Shown here one piece after another: positions 38,174 through 49,065 of a stretch of 64,000 nt of DNA. Both the position numbers and the translations under genes were made by a program. The notes beneath the pieces were generated by a model. It was given only the letters and a program-made list of their open reading frames with translations, ran no database searches and had not been told where the DNA came from. The first letter of the stretch is position 1. Each line of letters begins with the position of its first letter. Source of the stretch: Candidatus Iainarchaeum sp. (GTDB lineage Archaea; Nanobdellota; Nanobdellia; Pacearchaeales; GW2011-AR1). The DNA lies in assembly GCA_043815085.1 (NCBI GenBank), contig JBDRJG010000001.1, forward strand, positions 1,594-65,593, given 5' to 3'.

Positions 38174-38964
38174 ACAAATTTATTGAATCATTAAAATATG
38201 TAACCCTCTTATTCCAAATAAATGGAAATAGAATTAAATATATAAAATCAGTTATTGCATATAAATTAACAAAACACCCAAAGGCAATAACATTTCCAGA
38301 AATGGTGATTAGATTATATAATGTTAAGCTAATTGCTCGGAAAAATACACAAGATTCAGCTATTTTATCTACTCTTTATGAAAGAGGACTAACAAAGTAT
38401 TTATTAAATAAAAAGCCAAGTTTTTTTGTTGATGTTGGGTCACATATAGGAAGATTCTCAATTTTATTAGCTAAAAATGGTTCAAATGTGCTTGCTATTG
38501 AACCAAGTTCAAGCAACTATAAACAATTATATAAAAATATCCTATTCAATAATTTAAACAATATAGAAATATTAAATATGGGATGTTCGAATAGAGAAGG
38601 AATAGGAAAATTAGCAATGACAAAAGGATATACAGGAAATAATACTTTTTTGGAAAGAAAGGGCAAGAATATAGAGAAAGTAAAATTAAGAAAGTTGGAT
38701 AATCTTATAAATAAAAAGATGGACAATAAAGACATAATAAAAATAGATGTAGAGGGCTTTGAAATAAGGGTGTTAAAAGGTATGGAAAAGATATTGAAAA
38801 CACAGAGCCCAATAATTATAACTGAAATTCTTTGTGATAAAGATAAAAAAGAAATTAATGATTTTCTAAATAAGTTTAATTATTATAACACTAAAATTTT
38901 AGATGAAAGGAATTTTGTTTTTGAGAAAGTAATGGAAAAAACAATATTTCTTAAATTAAAATAA
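38170..38964 (+). CDS. FkbM family methyltransferase
   Basis: DVGSHIG, AIEP, KIDVEGFE. Confidence 0.93.
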   Translation: MNKFIESLKYVTLLFQINGNRIKYIKSVIAYKLTKHPKAITFPEMVIRLYNVKLIARKNTQDSAILSTLYERGLTKYLLNKKPSFFVDVGSHIGRFSILLAKNGSNVLAIEPSSSNYKQLYKNILFNNLNNIEILNMGCSNREGIGKLAMTKGYTGNNTFLERKGKNIEKVKLRKLDNLINKKMDNKDIIKIDVEGFEIRVLKGMEKILKTQSPIIITEILCDKDKKEINDFLNKFNYYNTKILDERNFVFEKVMEKTIFLKLK

Positions 38965-38977
38965 TTAAAGGAAAAAA

Positions 38978-40141
38978 ATGAAACTAAAAGAAAGAAAGCT
39001 CAAGATAGCATTATTTTATCCTTGGATAAAGAGCAGGGGGGGGGCGGAAAAAGTATTACTTGAAATTATGAAAATTAAAGATTTTAATTTTGATTTATAT
39101 ACTTGGGTTTATGATGAAAAAGATTCTTTCAAGGAATTTAAAAACTTGAAAATTAATGTAATCGGTTCAAATATTTTAAGAAAACTTTCCAAAATGAAAC
39201 TTTTGAGAGGATTATTCCTTCCATTTAGTTTATTTTCAAAAATCCCTCTTGAAAAATATGATTATTTTTTGATTTATACTTCTGGCACAGGAGAGTTTAT
39301 TACTTTTAGAAATTACAAGAAAGGAAAAACAATAGGATATGTGAATACAATTCTTAGAGATGCCTACCCTGAAATTGTAAAATGGAATATGAAAAATATA
39401 TATAAAAATGTATTTTCAAGGATTATTTACCTTGCATCTGTTAAAATCTACAGATTTTTTGAAAAAATAGCCTGGAAGAGGATTGACTTTCCAATATTTA
39501 TATCGGAAGAGGGTTTTAAAAGAGCTGAAAAACAAGGGCTTTTAAAAAATAAAAAAGCAAAAGTTATTTATGTTCCCGTTGATACATCTAACTTTCTTAA
39601 ACTTCCTTCAAACAAGGGAAGTTTTTTTCTTTATGTATCTCGATTCAATCCTCCAAAAAGGCAGGATTTATTAATAAAAGCCTGGATAAAGTTTTCTAAA
39701 AAATACCCTAATGAAAAATTAATTCTTTCAGGAGGCTTGGAAAATAAAAAATATTTTGAATATATAAAAAAGCTTTCAGAAAGTGCAAAAAATATTGATA
39801 TAAAAGAAGGATTGGACAACGAGAAAATTTTAAAATTATATGGAAAATCTAAGGCAGTAATATTTGTTCCCTTCTTGGAAGATTTTGGAATTGTTCCCTT
39901 TGAAGCATTGGCAACTGGAAAGCCAATTATTGCAGTTGACAAGGGGGGATATGTTGATTTAATAAAAGGCATACCCCAATATTATCCTATTAAAGAAGCG
40001 GAAAATGAAGATTTATTTGTTGAAAATATAGCAAACTCCTTAAAGAAATTTATGAAGTCAAATATAAAACCAAAAAAAATAAATATAAAAAATATAAGCC
40101 CGCAAAATTTTAAAAAGGATATTATGAAAGTATTTAGATGA
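38978..40141 (+). CDS. GT4 glycosyltransferase
   Basis: GGAEKV, EDFGIVPFEA. Confidence 0.93.
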   Translation: MKLKERKLKIALFYPWIKSRGGAEKVLLEIMKIKDFNFDLYTWVYDEKDSFKEFKNLKINVIGSNILRKLSKMKLLRGLFLPFSLFSKIPLEKYDYFLIYTSGTGEFITFRNYKKGKTIGYVNTILRDAYPEIVKWNMKNIYKNVFSRIIYLASVKIYRFFEKIAWKRIDFPIFISEEGFKRAEKQGLLKNKKAKVIYVPVDTSNFLKLPSNKGSFFLYVSRFNPPKRQDLLIKAWIKFSKKYPNEKLILSGGLENKKYFEYIKKLSESAKNIDIKEGLDNEKILKLYGKSKAVIFVPFLEDFGIVPFEALATGKPIIAVDKGGYVDLIKGIPQYYPIKEAENEDLFVENIANSLKKFMKSNIKPKKINIKNISPQNFKKDIMKVFR

Positions 40142-40764
40142 AAAAAATAGATTATACTGCTTTTTTGAAGTGGGAAAATAAATTAAAGAAGAAAGATGTT
40201 CTTTTGGATATTGGCTGCTGGACAGGGATTAACACTGCAAGATTTAATAAAAAATGTGATGCTTGGGGCATGGACATAGACCGAGATAAATTAAACTCTG
40301 CCAATCCAAATATAAAAAACAATCTTAAATACGGAGATGTTACTCAGAAAATACCCTTTACGCAAAAATTTGACTATTGCATTCTGTCGGAGGTTTTAGA
40401 GCATCTAGATAATGATCAGCAGGCATTGGATAACATAAATCAGTGTCTAAAATATAAAGGAAAACTTATCTTGACAACTCCTCGCCAAATCAATTATTTA
40501 GAATTTTGGGATCCGGCATGGATTCGATGGAAACTTGGAATAGGCGGAAAACATAGGCATTATTCAATAGAAGATTTGAATAGACTTCTTTCTCAAAACG
40601 GATTTAAAATAGAAACTTATGCTATTGGATTCGGGTTGGATTTTATATTGACAAGATGGGCAAATATATTTCTTAAACATATTCTACAATCTAAAAAAAT
40701 CATTAAAGGAAAAGTTAAAAATGGTTATTTTGATTTATGTATTATTGCCAAAAAGATAAAATGA
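40138..40764 (+). CDS. Class I SAM methyltransferase
   Basis: LDIGCWTG, EVLEH, LTTP. Confidence 0.9.
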   Translation: MKKIDYTAFLKWENKLKKKDVLLDIGCWTGINTARFNKKCDAWGMDIDRDKLNSANPNIKNNLKYGDVTQKIPFTQKFDYCILSEVLEHLDNDQQALDNINQCLKYKGKLILTTPRQINYLEFWDPAWIRWKLGIGGKHRHYSIEDLNRLLSQNGFKIETYAIGFGLDFILTRWANIFLKHILQSKKIIKGKVKNGYFDLCIIAKKIK

Positions 40765-41873
40765 AAAAGATAAAAGTTTATTTACAATATCCCTGGAAAT
40801 TTCCAGATAGCCCCTATTACAAGTACTTAATTGATAATCCCCCAAATAATATAGAATTTTTAAATGTGGAAAATCAGAAAGGGGCAATGACTTCTCTTAA
40901 AAAATTTTTTCTTTCTAATTTTTTAAAAAGAAATATAAGAAAATATTTAACAAAATTTCGTATGGCTGTATTAAATGCCCATTTAACTAAAACCAATAAA
41001 AAGTATGATTTAATCCAGTGTGCACATTGTTTGAGTCTGAATAAATCTCCTTGGATTGCTGATATTGAATGTGGATGGCAATTTTTTGTTGGAAAAGAAA
41101 ATAAAAGAGTTAAAAAAAAGGCAAAAAAAATAATTTTGGCAAATAATTGTAAGAAACTATTGGCTTGGACTGAAGAAACCAAAAGAGAAATGATTAATAT
41201 ACTTCCAGAAATAAGAGACAAAATTGAGATAGTTTATCCCACTGTTCCTTCACAAGATATTAAAAAGAAAAGACATGAGGGAATAAATCTTGTCTTTGTT
41301 GCTAGATATTTTGATCAGAAAGGAGGATATCATGCATTAGAAGTTATGAAAAGATTAACAAACAAATATAATAATGTGAATGGCATAATTGTTTCAACAG
41401 TTCCAGAGGAAATTATAAAAGAGAATAGTAAGAATAAAAAATTAAGATTTTATCCCTTGATGCCCCAAAAAGAAGTATTTGAAAGGGTTTATTCGATTGC
41501 CGATATTTTAATTTATCCGGGTTATGCTGATTCTTTTGGGTTCGGAATGCTTGAATCAATGTCTTTTGGAATTCCAATTATAACTGTAAATGGTTATTCG
41601 AGAAAAGAATTAATAACTGGGGGGAAAACAGGTTTTGTAATTGATTTCCCACAAGGAGCTAAAAATTCATATAGCTTTGATTGGAAAAAAATAGATAACC
41701 TGGGGGAACAAATTATTGCTGAGATGGTTAAAAAAGCATCATTTTTAATTGAAAATAAAAAACTCAGAGAAAAAATGTCTAAAAACTGTCTCAAGGAAAT
41801 TGAGTCTGGAAGATTCTCTATAAAAGAGAGAGATAAAAAATTAAAAAGAATTTATGGGGAAGCGTTAAATTAA
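40761..41873 (+). CDS. GT4 glycosyltransferase
   Basis: QKGG, DSFGFGMLESM; probable start MKKIKV. Confidence 0.9.
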   Translation: MKKIKVYLQYPWKFPDSPYYKYLIDNPPNNIEFLNVENQKGAMTSLKKFFLSNFLKRNIRKYLTKFRMAVLNAHLTKTNKKYDLIQCAHCLSLNKSPWIADIECGWQFFVGKENKRVKKKAKKIILANNCKKLLAWTEETKREMINILPEIRDKIEIVYPTVPSQDIKKKRHEGINLVFVARYFDQKGGYHALEVMKRLTNKYNNVNGIIVSTVPEEIIKENSKNKKLRFYPLMPQKEVFERVYSIADILIYPGYADSFGFGMLESMSFGIPIITVNGYSRKELITGGKTGFVIDFPQGAKNSYSFDWKKIDNLGEQIIAEMVKKASFLIENKKLREKMSKNCLKEIESGRFSIKERDKKLKRIYGEALN

Positions 41874-41876
41874 ACG

Positions 41877-42461
41877 ATGATAAGAATACTAAAGGAATTT
41901 AATAACTATCTACAAAAAAATTATAAATTCGGTTTTGTAAACCATTATCCATTTAGAACTTCAATCTATATAGCCAAAGAACATTTTAAGAGAGAACAGA
42001 TAATCGCTGTGGAGATAGGTACGTTTAAGGGACAAAATGCACTTAATATATTACAACAATTAAATATAAAGAGGATATACTTAATTGACCCTTATTCTAA
42101 ATATGAAGCTTATAAAAAAGATCCTTCTGGAAAGAATGTTGATAAAAACAGAGAGATTGCGAAGAAAAGATTAAAGAAATACGCAAATAAGATTGTGTGG
42201 GTTAGAAAATTTTCAGAGCAAGCAGTTAAAGACATAAAAGAAAAAATTGACTTTATTTATATAGATGGTAATCATGATTATGAGTATGTTAAAGGCGATA
42301 TGGAGAATTATTGGAAAATCTTAAAAGAAGGGGGAATAATGGCTGGACACGATGTTCCCACTGATTCTGTTTTAAAGGCATTTTGTGAATTTATTAATAA
42401 ACATAAACTTGAACCGCATATATGGAACATGGATTGGTGGATATTCAAACATAAAATATGA
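41877..42461 (+). CDS. Class I SAM methyltransferase (Methyltransf_24-like)
   Basis: EIGTFKG, IDPY, YIDGNH, GGIMAGHD. Confidence 0.9.
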   Translation: MIRILKEFNNYLQKNYKFGFVNHYPFRTSIYIAKEHFKREQIIAVEIGTFKGQNALNILQQLNIKRIYLIDPYSKYEAYKKDPSGKNVDKNREIAKKRLKKYANKIVWVRKFSEQAVKDIKEKIDFIYIDGNHDYEYVKGDMENYWKILKEGGIMAGHDVPTDSVLKAFCEFINKHKLEPHIWNMDWWIFKHKI

Positions 42462-42479
42462 ATTTGGGAATATTCAAAT

Positions 42480-43430
42480 TTAAATTAAAAAGAATCTGAA
42501 TTTTATTGCACCTCTCCAAATAGCAATTCTTTTAACAAACATTGTTAAGGGCAACAGTATTAAAACCAAAATTGTATCTTTTATTTTAAAAGTCCTTCCT
42601 TCAATCAAATATTTTTTTAAGCAGTAAACTGTTCCTGGAAAAAGATAAATCCAAATTAAAATCGAGGGTTTTATAAAAATGCATACAAAAAATAAAATAA
42701 TTGTTAATAACTCCATTGGGAAAGCGATTCTCATAAAAGTGGGTATCTGCTCTTTTATCAGTGGATTATTTTTGTGCTTTTTAAAACACAACGCGTCTCC
42801 AACATATCTTTTTCTTTCAAAAACAAATCTTTTAATTGTAAATCTTGAAGATTTATGAAAGGCTTCTGCTTTTTCATTAAAAGAATGTTTAAAACCTTTT
42901 TCTAAAGCTGTCAAACCAAAATCAGTATCTTCTCTAAAAACAATTATTTTTTCTTCAAATTTACAAACTTTCCCAACTTCTTTCCTAATTCCAAAATTTG
43001 CGGTTAAGAATTTAAGAGAATTAGATGTATTTTCTATTACCCTATCAAATAAGGGCCTATCTTTTGACTCATAAGAAAGTTTCCCTTCAACCATATCTGA
43101 ATTAACTAGTGATTTTTCCATTTCATTTATCCAATTCTCACCAGGATAACAATCTGAATCCATAAAAAGGATATTTTTTCCTTTAGATAACTTCATTCCA
43201 AGATTTCTATTTGCAGGGGCCCCCGGAACTTTTGACCTAAAATATTTTATTCCTTTACTTTTGCAAAATTCTTTTAATTCTAAAGAAAATTCATCTGAAG
43301 ATTTAACATCATTAACCACTAAAATCTCCCTCTCTTTTTTAATTTTATTTCCTAAATAAATTAACAATTTGTCTAAACATCGATATATAGACCTATCATT
43401 CATAACAGGGATAACAATGCTTGTTTTCAT
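42480..43430 (-). CDS. GT2 glycosyltransferase with C-terminal TMs
   Basis: SIVIP, NRNLG, FMDSDC, EDTD. Confidence 0.9.
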   Translation of the reverse strand: MKTSIVIPVMNDRSIYRCLDKLLIYLGNKIKKEREILVVNDVKSSDEFSLELKEFCKSKGIKYFRSKVPGAPANRNLGMKLSKGKNILFMDSDCYPGENWINEMEKSLVNSDMVEGKLSYESKDRPLFDRVIENTSNSLKFLTANFGIRKEVGKVCKFEEKIIVFREDTDFGLTALEKGFKHSFNEKAEAFHKSSRFTIKRFVFERKRYVGDALCFKKHKNNPLIKEQIPTFMRIAFPMELLTIILFFVCIFIKPSILIWIYLFPGTVYCLKKYLIEGRTFKIKDTILVLILLPLTMFVKRIAIWRGAIKFRFFLI

Positions 43431-43573
43431 ATTTTATTTAATTAATAATCCTTTTTAAATATAAGGTGTTTTATATTAAAACAATTAAAAAAAATAAATT
43501 TTGTATAATTCTTGATTTTCACCAGGATTTCTTGGAGGAATCAGCCTATATCAAAGAAATTTAATTGAATATT
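43414..43573. repeat. Degenerate ~160-bp duplication, copy A (intact GT2 start, promoter, decayed GT4 5' end)
   Basis: Aligns with 44953-45110, e.g. TTTCTTGGAGGAAT.AGCCTATATCAAAGAAATTTAATTGAATATT. Confidence 0.9.
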
Positions 43574-43667
43574 TGAAATGCTTCAAAAAGAGAAAGGAAA
43601 AATAGTTGAAAAATAGATATTTCTTAACACACAAATTTATTTAAATCTATTTTTAAAAAGAGATAGT

Positions 43668-44939
43668 ATGGAAAAAGAAGGTGGTCTGAAAAAATATTTA
43701 ATTAATCCCCCATCTCCATTTTTAATTGATGAAAAGGTGTTTCCAAATCTAGGTTTGATAAGTTTAGCCACTTCACAAGACTTGGATATTATTGATTTTT
43801 CTGGAGATAAAAATTTTGAAGAAACGGCAAAGAAAATTAATGGTGATTGGTTTGGTTTTTATTCAACAACCCCCCAATTCCCCACGACTTACAAAATTTT
43901 CAAAGAAATTAAAAAGAATAACCCCCATGCAAAATTTGTAATTGGCGGGCCTCATGCTTCTGCGGTTTATAATTTAGATAAAGAAGATATAAACAAAAAA
44001 AGAATAGAAGAGTTTGACTTTATTTTTGTAGGAGAAGCTGAAAAGGAAATTGAATTAAAAAACAAATACAATTTTTCCAAGCTTATTAAAAATATTGATG
44101 AAATAAAGATTCCAAATAGAAATAAAGTAAAAATAGAGGAATACCATTATAATATACTTGGTAAAAAGACCACAACAATTATGACTCAAAGAGGTTGCCC
44201 ATTCCAATGTGTTTTCTGTTCAGGTAGAGAAGTTGAGATGTATAACAAAGTAAGACAACATTCTGCAAATAGAATCCTCGAGGAAATGGATTATTTAAAT
44301 TCTGAATTTGGATATGAAGCTTTTATGTGGTATGACGATGAAATAAATACAAACCCCGGAAGATTGGAAGAGATAGCATATTTACTTAAAAAAAGAAATT
44401 ATATCCATAGAGGATTTGTAAAGAGCGATTTAATTGTAAAAAATCCAAAGAGCCTTGATTATCTAGCAGATATGGGTTTTGTTGAATTGTGTTTTGGGTG
44501 TGAAAGTGGAAGTAACAGAATACTCGAAGCAGTCGGCAAAGGAACAAATTATGATATAAATCTAAAAGCAACTAAATTAATAAAAGAAAGAGGAATGAAA
44601 ACAAAGGTTTTCATGATGGTTGGATTGCCTGATGAAAATTATGAAGACGTTATGCTAACTAAAAAGTGGTTAGAAGAAGCTAAACCCGATGATTTTGATA
44701 TTACCATCCTTAATCCTTATCCTGGCTCAAAAATATATAATCTTGCAAAGCCTACAAAAGAATTAAATGGATATAATTTTGAGTATAATGGTTTGTTCTT
44801 TAATAAGATAGATTTCGCAAAGGATGATTCTTTTTATAAAGGAAAGATTGGAGAGTATCCTTGTTCTGTGAGGACAAAAAGTTTGACATCAGAAGAGATA
44901 GTTAATCTAAGAGAAAATATTGAAAAAGATTTAAAATGA
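43668..44939 (+). CDS. Cobalamin-binding-domain radical SAM protein
   Basis: IGGPHAS, RGCPFQCVFC, GCESGS, PYPGS. Confidence 0.92.
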   Translation: MEKEGGLKKYLINPPSPFLIDEKVFPNLGLISLATSQDLDIIDFSGDKNFEETAKKINGDWFGFYSTTPQFPTTYKIFKEIKKNNPHAKFVIGGPHASAVYNLDKEDINKKRIEEFDFIFVGEAEKEIELKNKYNFSKLIKNIDEIKIPNRNKVKIEEYHYNILGKKTTTIMTQRGCPFQCVFCSGREVEMYNKVRQHSANRILEEMDYLNSEFGYEAFMWYDDEINTNPGRLEEIAYLLKKRNYIHRGFVKSDLIVKNPKSLDYLADMGFVELCFGCESGSNRILEAVGKGTNYDINLKATKLIKERGMKTKVFMMVGLPDENYEDVMLTKKWLEEAKPDDFDITILNPYPGSKIYNLAKPTKELNGYNFEYNGLFFNKIDFAKDDSFYKGKIGEYPCSVRTKSLTSEEIVNLRENIEKDLK

Positions 44940-44952
44940 TTAATTTGTGGAG

Positions 44953-45110
44953 ACAATGTATTTTTTATATTTTATTTAATTAATAAATCTTTTTAAATAT
45001 AAGGTATTTTATTAAAACAATTAAAATGAAATCAATTTGCCTAGTCTCTGGTTCTTCACCAGAATTTCTTGGAGGAATTAGCCTATATCAAAGAAATTTA
45101 ATTGAATATT
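44953..45110. repeat. Degenerate ~160-bp duplication, copy B (decayed GT2 start, promoter, intact GT4 start)
   Basis: See copy A. Confidence 0.9.
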
Positions 45111-46162
45111 CAAAAAAGAATAATTTAGACTTTCGCTTCACGTGGATTTATCCTGGAAAAGAAAATAAAGAGTTTATTTTGAATGAAATAAGATGTATAG
45201 AATTAAAATCAATTAAATATCCTTTTTTAGAAGAATTTGATTTTGCAAGAAAAGTGAGAAAAATAATATCAAAAAAAAACTTTGATATAATAAATACTCA
45301 TGCAAATTGGGGTTATTTTTTAAAAAATTATAATAAAAGAGAAAACCAAAAAATAATTCATACCTGCCATGGTGTAAGTTACCAATACTTTAAAGTTCAA
45401 TTTTCTCGTTTTGGATTTTTTAGATATTTATTATACACCCTTTTGCCTCTTATCTATTTATTAGAGAAACCTCCAATGAAGAAAGCAGATAAAATTATTT
45501 GTGTCGCAGAAAAAGTTAAAGAAGATTTAGAAAAAATTTACTGGAAAAGAAAAAATCTAAAAGTTATTAGAACCGGAGTTGACATCAAAAATTTTAAAAG
45601 TATTTCTAAAGGAAAATCAAGAAAAGAATTAAATCTTGATAAAAATAAAATTTATGGGCTTTATTCAGGAAGAGGGGGATATTTCAACAAGGGGCTTGAT
45701 CGTGCAGTTAATTTAGGAAAAGAATTATATATATTAAATAAAAATTTTAGATTAATCGTAATCGGCTCAGATAAAATTAAATGTAAAGAATATTTAGATG
45801 AACCTTTCATAATTTATAGGGGAATTATTGATAGAAATATCCTAAATAAATACTATTCTGCAAGTGATTTCTTTTTTTCTTTATCAAGATATGAAGGGGG
45901 GGCACCAACTCTTGCTGTTGGCGAAGCAATGGCTTCGGAATGTCTTGTTGTTTGCTCTAAGGATTCTAAACCAGAAATAATTGAAAATGATGCAAATGGC
46001 TTAATAATTGAAAATTTTGATAAAAATGATGCGAACAAGATTATAAGAGTCTTAAATGATAAAAAAAATAAAAGTGAAATAATAAAAAATTCAATTAAAA
46101 CAATTAAAGAACTTTCCCTTGAAAAATGGGGGGAGAAATATTTTGAGATATTAATGGATTAG
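45026..46162 (+). CDS. GT4 glycosyltransferase
   Basis: GGIS, HTCHG, TGVD, NKG, YEGG...EAMA. Confidence 0.9.
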   Translation: MKSICLVSGSSPEFLGGISLYQRNLIEYSKKNNLDFRFTWIYPGKENKEFILNEIRCIELKSIKYPFLEEFDFARKVRKIISKKNFDIINTHANWGYFLKNYNKRENQKIIHTCHGVSYQYFKVQFSRFGFFRYLLYTLLPLIYLLEKPPMKKADKIICVAEKVKEDLEKIYWKRKNLKVIRTGVDIKNFKSISKGKSRKELNLDKNKIYGLYSGRGGYFNKGLDRAVNLGKELYILNKNFRLIVIGSDKIKCKEYLDEPFIIYRGIIDRNILNKYYSASDFFFSLSRYEGGAPTLAVGEAMASECLVVCSKDSKPEIIENDANGLIIENFDKNDANKIIRVLNDKKNKSEIIKNSIKTIKELSLEKWGEKYFEILMD

Positions 46163-46193
46163 ATTGTGTAAATTATCCAAGAATATAAAATAT

Positions 46194-46877
46194 TTATCTT
46201 AATCCGAGAGAGAAACCTTCTTTGTTCTGATTAAATTGTTTCTCTCTATATTCGGCATTATCCTCTCCTCTTTGATTGAGAGGACATTCAGAAGCAGAAT
46301 ATATATTTTCTATGGATAGTCCCATTTTGTGGGCCCTTCCAACGAGAAACATTAAAGTTGCCCAACCCTTATCTCCCTCAATCTCTTTTACTTGATTGCC
46401 TAAAGAACTTGAAAAAAGCTTTGGTCCATAAATAAAATCCCCTTTAATTCTTGTTTCATCTTCAATTATTTGGTTCATTTTTCCCTCCCATTCTCGCTGA
46501 TGAACTGGAAAAGTCTTCATTTGCTCAGAAGTTCTGCTAATAGCAGCAAAAACACCCTTTCCTGCAAAATATTGATTAAGTGATTTCTCTAAACCATTTA
46601 CAAACCAATCATATTTATCAGGTTCTGTATATAAAACAAAATATGCATTTTGCGATGCCCTCAATATAGAATTTTTGTGCTGATATGTCAATCCTCCTTG
46701 AACAGTTTCAACATTGTGCCCCATTAATTTCAAAGAATTGATAAATCTCTCAGAACTTCCCCCATCTGCAATATAGACAGGATAGTTAGTCTTAGATAAA
46801 ACCTCAAGTGCAGATTCCATCAATTCTGCATTCCCTTTTTTATCAAAAGTCATTGTTGCAATTGCTAATTTTTCCAT
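46194..46877 (-). CDS. Hypothetical protein, possible GT-A fold
   Basis: VYIADGGS, YTEPDK. Confidence 0.6.
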   Translation of the reverse strand: MEKLAIATMTFDKKGNAELMESALEVLSKTNYPVYIADGGSSERFINSLKLMGHNVETVQGGLTYQHKNSILRASQNAYFVLYTEPDKYDWFVNGLEKSLNQYFAGKGVFAAISRTSEQMKTFPVHQREWEGKMNQIIEDETRIKGDFIYGPKLFSSSLGNQVKEIEGDKGWATLMFLVGRAHKMGLSIENIYSASECPLNQRGEDNAEYREKQFNQNKEGFSLGLR

Positions 46878-47014
46878 AAAACATTCAAGAGGCCCCCTTT
46901 TTAAATACTTATATTATGCAAAATATTGATTAAAAATTTTTAATAGAAAAAGAATACAAAAAAACCTCATCCAATCACAACAATCTTTTAAAAAGATAAG
47001 ATAATCCCTAAAAA

Positions 47015-48112
47015 ATGGAAAAGAGATATGATTATCTTGTTGTTGGATGTGGTTTTTCAGGGATTGTTCTTGCTGAAAGACTGTCTTCTATAGGCAAAAA
47101 AGTCCTAATTATTGATAAAAGAAATCATATTGGAGGAAATTGTTATGATTATAAATCTGGAAATATTTTGGTGCAAAAATATGGACCGCATATATTTCAT
47201 ACAAAGAATAAAGATGTTTTTGAATATCTAAATAAGTTCACAAAATTTAATAACTATCAGCATAAAGTTTTAGCATATTATGATAAAAGATATTTTCCAA
47301 TTCCAATAAATCTAAATACTGTAAATAAATTCTTTAATATAAATTTAAAAGATGAAAAAGAACTAAAAATCTTCCTTAAAGATAAAGTCAAAGTAGTCAA
47401 AAAAATAAAAAATTCTGAAGATGTTGTGGTATCTAAATTTGGAGAAAAATTATATGAAGCATTTGTAAAAATTTATACAAAGAAACAATGGGACAAATAT
47501 CCTCACGAACTTGATAAATCTGTTTTAGAACGTCTCCCTATAAGATATAATAAAAATGATTTTTATTATGATGATCTCTTTCAGGGGATGCCAGAAAAAG
47601 GGTTTAAAAGAATGTTCGAGAAAATGCTTTCAAATAAAAATATATCCATAAAATTAGATACCCCATATACAGAAAATTTAAAAAATATTGCTAAGGAGAT
47701 TATATGGACAGGGAAAATTGATGAATATTTTAATTACAAATTTGAAAAATTAGAATATAGAAGCGTGGATTTTATTTTTGAAAAATTCAGATTAAAAAAT
47801 TTCCTTCCTAATTCAGTAGTTAATTTCACTGAGGAAAGATTTAAGTTTTTAAGGATAACTGAGTTTAAAAAGTTCTATGGAATAAAATCAAAAAAAACAA
47901 TAATTTGTAGAGAATTTTACTTTGGGGAGGGGGAACCAGCTTATCCTGTTTATAATAAAAAGAATCTTAAACTTTTAAAAAAATACTTAAATGAATCAGA
48001 AAAAGAAAAAAACATTTATTTTCTTGGACGATTAGGGAGATATAAATACATAAATATGGATCAGTGTGTGGAAGAAGCATTAGAATTGTTTGAAAAGATA
48101 AAAAACAGATAG
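47015..48112 (+). CDS. glf: UDP-galactopyranose mutase
   Basis: VGCGFSG, HIGGNCYD, YGPHIFHT, YTKKQW, GRLGRYKYINMD. Confidence 0.96.
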   Translation: MEKRYDYLVVGCGFSGIVLAERLSSIGKKVLIIDKRNHIGGNCYDYKSGNILVQKYGPHIFHTKNKDVFEYLNKFTKFNNYQHKVLAYYDKRYFPIPINLNTVNKFFNINLKDEKELKIFLKDKVKVVKKIKNSEDVVVSKFGEKLYEAFVKIYTKKQWDKYPHELDKSVLERLPIRYNKNDFYYDDLFQGMPEKGFKRMFEKMLSNKNISIKLDTPYTENLKNIAKEIIWTGKIDEYFNYKFEKLEYRSVDFIFEKFRLKNFLPNSVVNFTEERFKFLRITEFKKFYGIKSKKTIICREFYFGEGEPAYPVYNKKNLKLLKKYLNESEKEKNIYFLGRLGRYKYINMDQCVEEALELFEKIKNR

Positions 48113-48123
48113 GTAATTTAAAA

Positions 48124-49065
48124 TTATATCTTTTTCCTTAAAAAGTTCATAATTCTTATTGGAAAAAGACTTAATAAATAATAGATTACAAGTTGCTTAT
48201 CAAAACCGTAATTTCTAAAATAACTTTTTATATTTTTTCTTAATTTTTTCCCCTGGTTATCTTGAAATTCTGCAATAATGTTTATTTTCAAATTAGATTT
48301 GTTAGAATCTACTGAAATTTTTACTTCTGGGGGCTCTAAATTTTCATAATCATCTTTTCCTGTTTTTATTCGCTGTTGATAAAATTCTTTTGCTTTTTGA
48401 AAAAAATAATCTGGATTTTTCTTAATAAAAGTGGCAGAGTTTTGATTAACTCTATATTTAATAAGGAATTCAGGAAGATTTGTGATTTTTTTTCTTGCAG
48501 ACAAAACATTTAAAATAAAATCATAATCATCAGAAATTGAAAATTTTTCTCTGTAAAAAAATTCTTTTGTGTTTCTATACATTACAGAGGGATGAAGTAT
48601 GCAATTTGTTTTTTCTAATTTCCTTACAGTTTTTGAAGGATTGTCATATTTTAAAAAAACCCCTAATCTATTTCCTTCTTCATCTATTATAATTGCAGAA
48701 CCCCCAATTAAGAATATTTCAGGGTGTTTATCCAAATAATCTGCCTGAATTTTAAACCTGTCTCTAAGCGAGACATCATCTGAATCCATTACTGCTATGT
48801 ATTCTCCCCTAGCCATTTTTAATCCTCTATTTCTTGTATTCACGCACCCCAAATTTTTTTTATTATTTAACAAAATTATTCTTTTATCTTTTTTCGAATA
48901 TTTTTTTATTATCTCTAATGATTTATCTTTTGACTCATCATTGATTATAATAAATTCAAAATCCTCAAAACTTTGATTTAAAATAGAAGTTATGGTTTCC
49001 TCTAAGAATTTCTTTGCATTATAAACGGGTAATATTACAGATATTTTAGGATTTTTTCTTTTCAT
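48124..49065 (-). CDS. GT2 glycosyltransferase
   Basis: SVILPVYN, INDES, MDSDD, HPS. Confidence 0.93.
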   Translation of the reverse strand: MKRKNPKISVILPVYNAKKFLEETITSILNQSFEDFEFIIINDESKDKSLEIIKKYSKKDKRIILLNNKKNLGCVNTRNRGLKMARGEYIAVMDSDDVSLRDRFKIQADYLDKHPEIFLIGGSAIIIDEEGNRLGVFLKYDNPSKTVRKLEKTNCILHPSVMYRNTKEFFYREKFSISDDYDFILNVLSARKKITNLPEFLIKYRVNQNSATFIKKNPDYFFQKAKEFYQQRIKTGKDDYENLEPPEVKISVDSNKSNLKINIIAEFQDNQGKKLRKNIKSYFRNYGFDKQLVIYYLLSLFPIRIMNFLRKKI

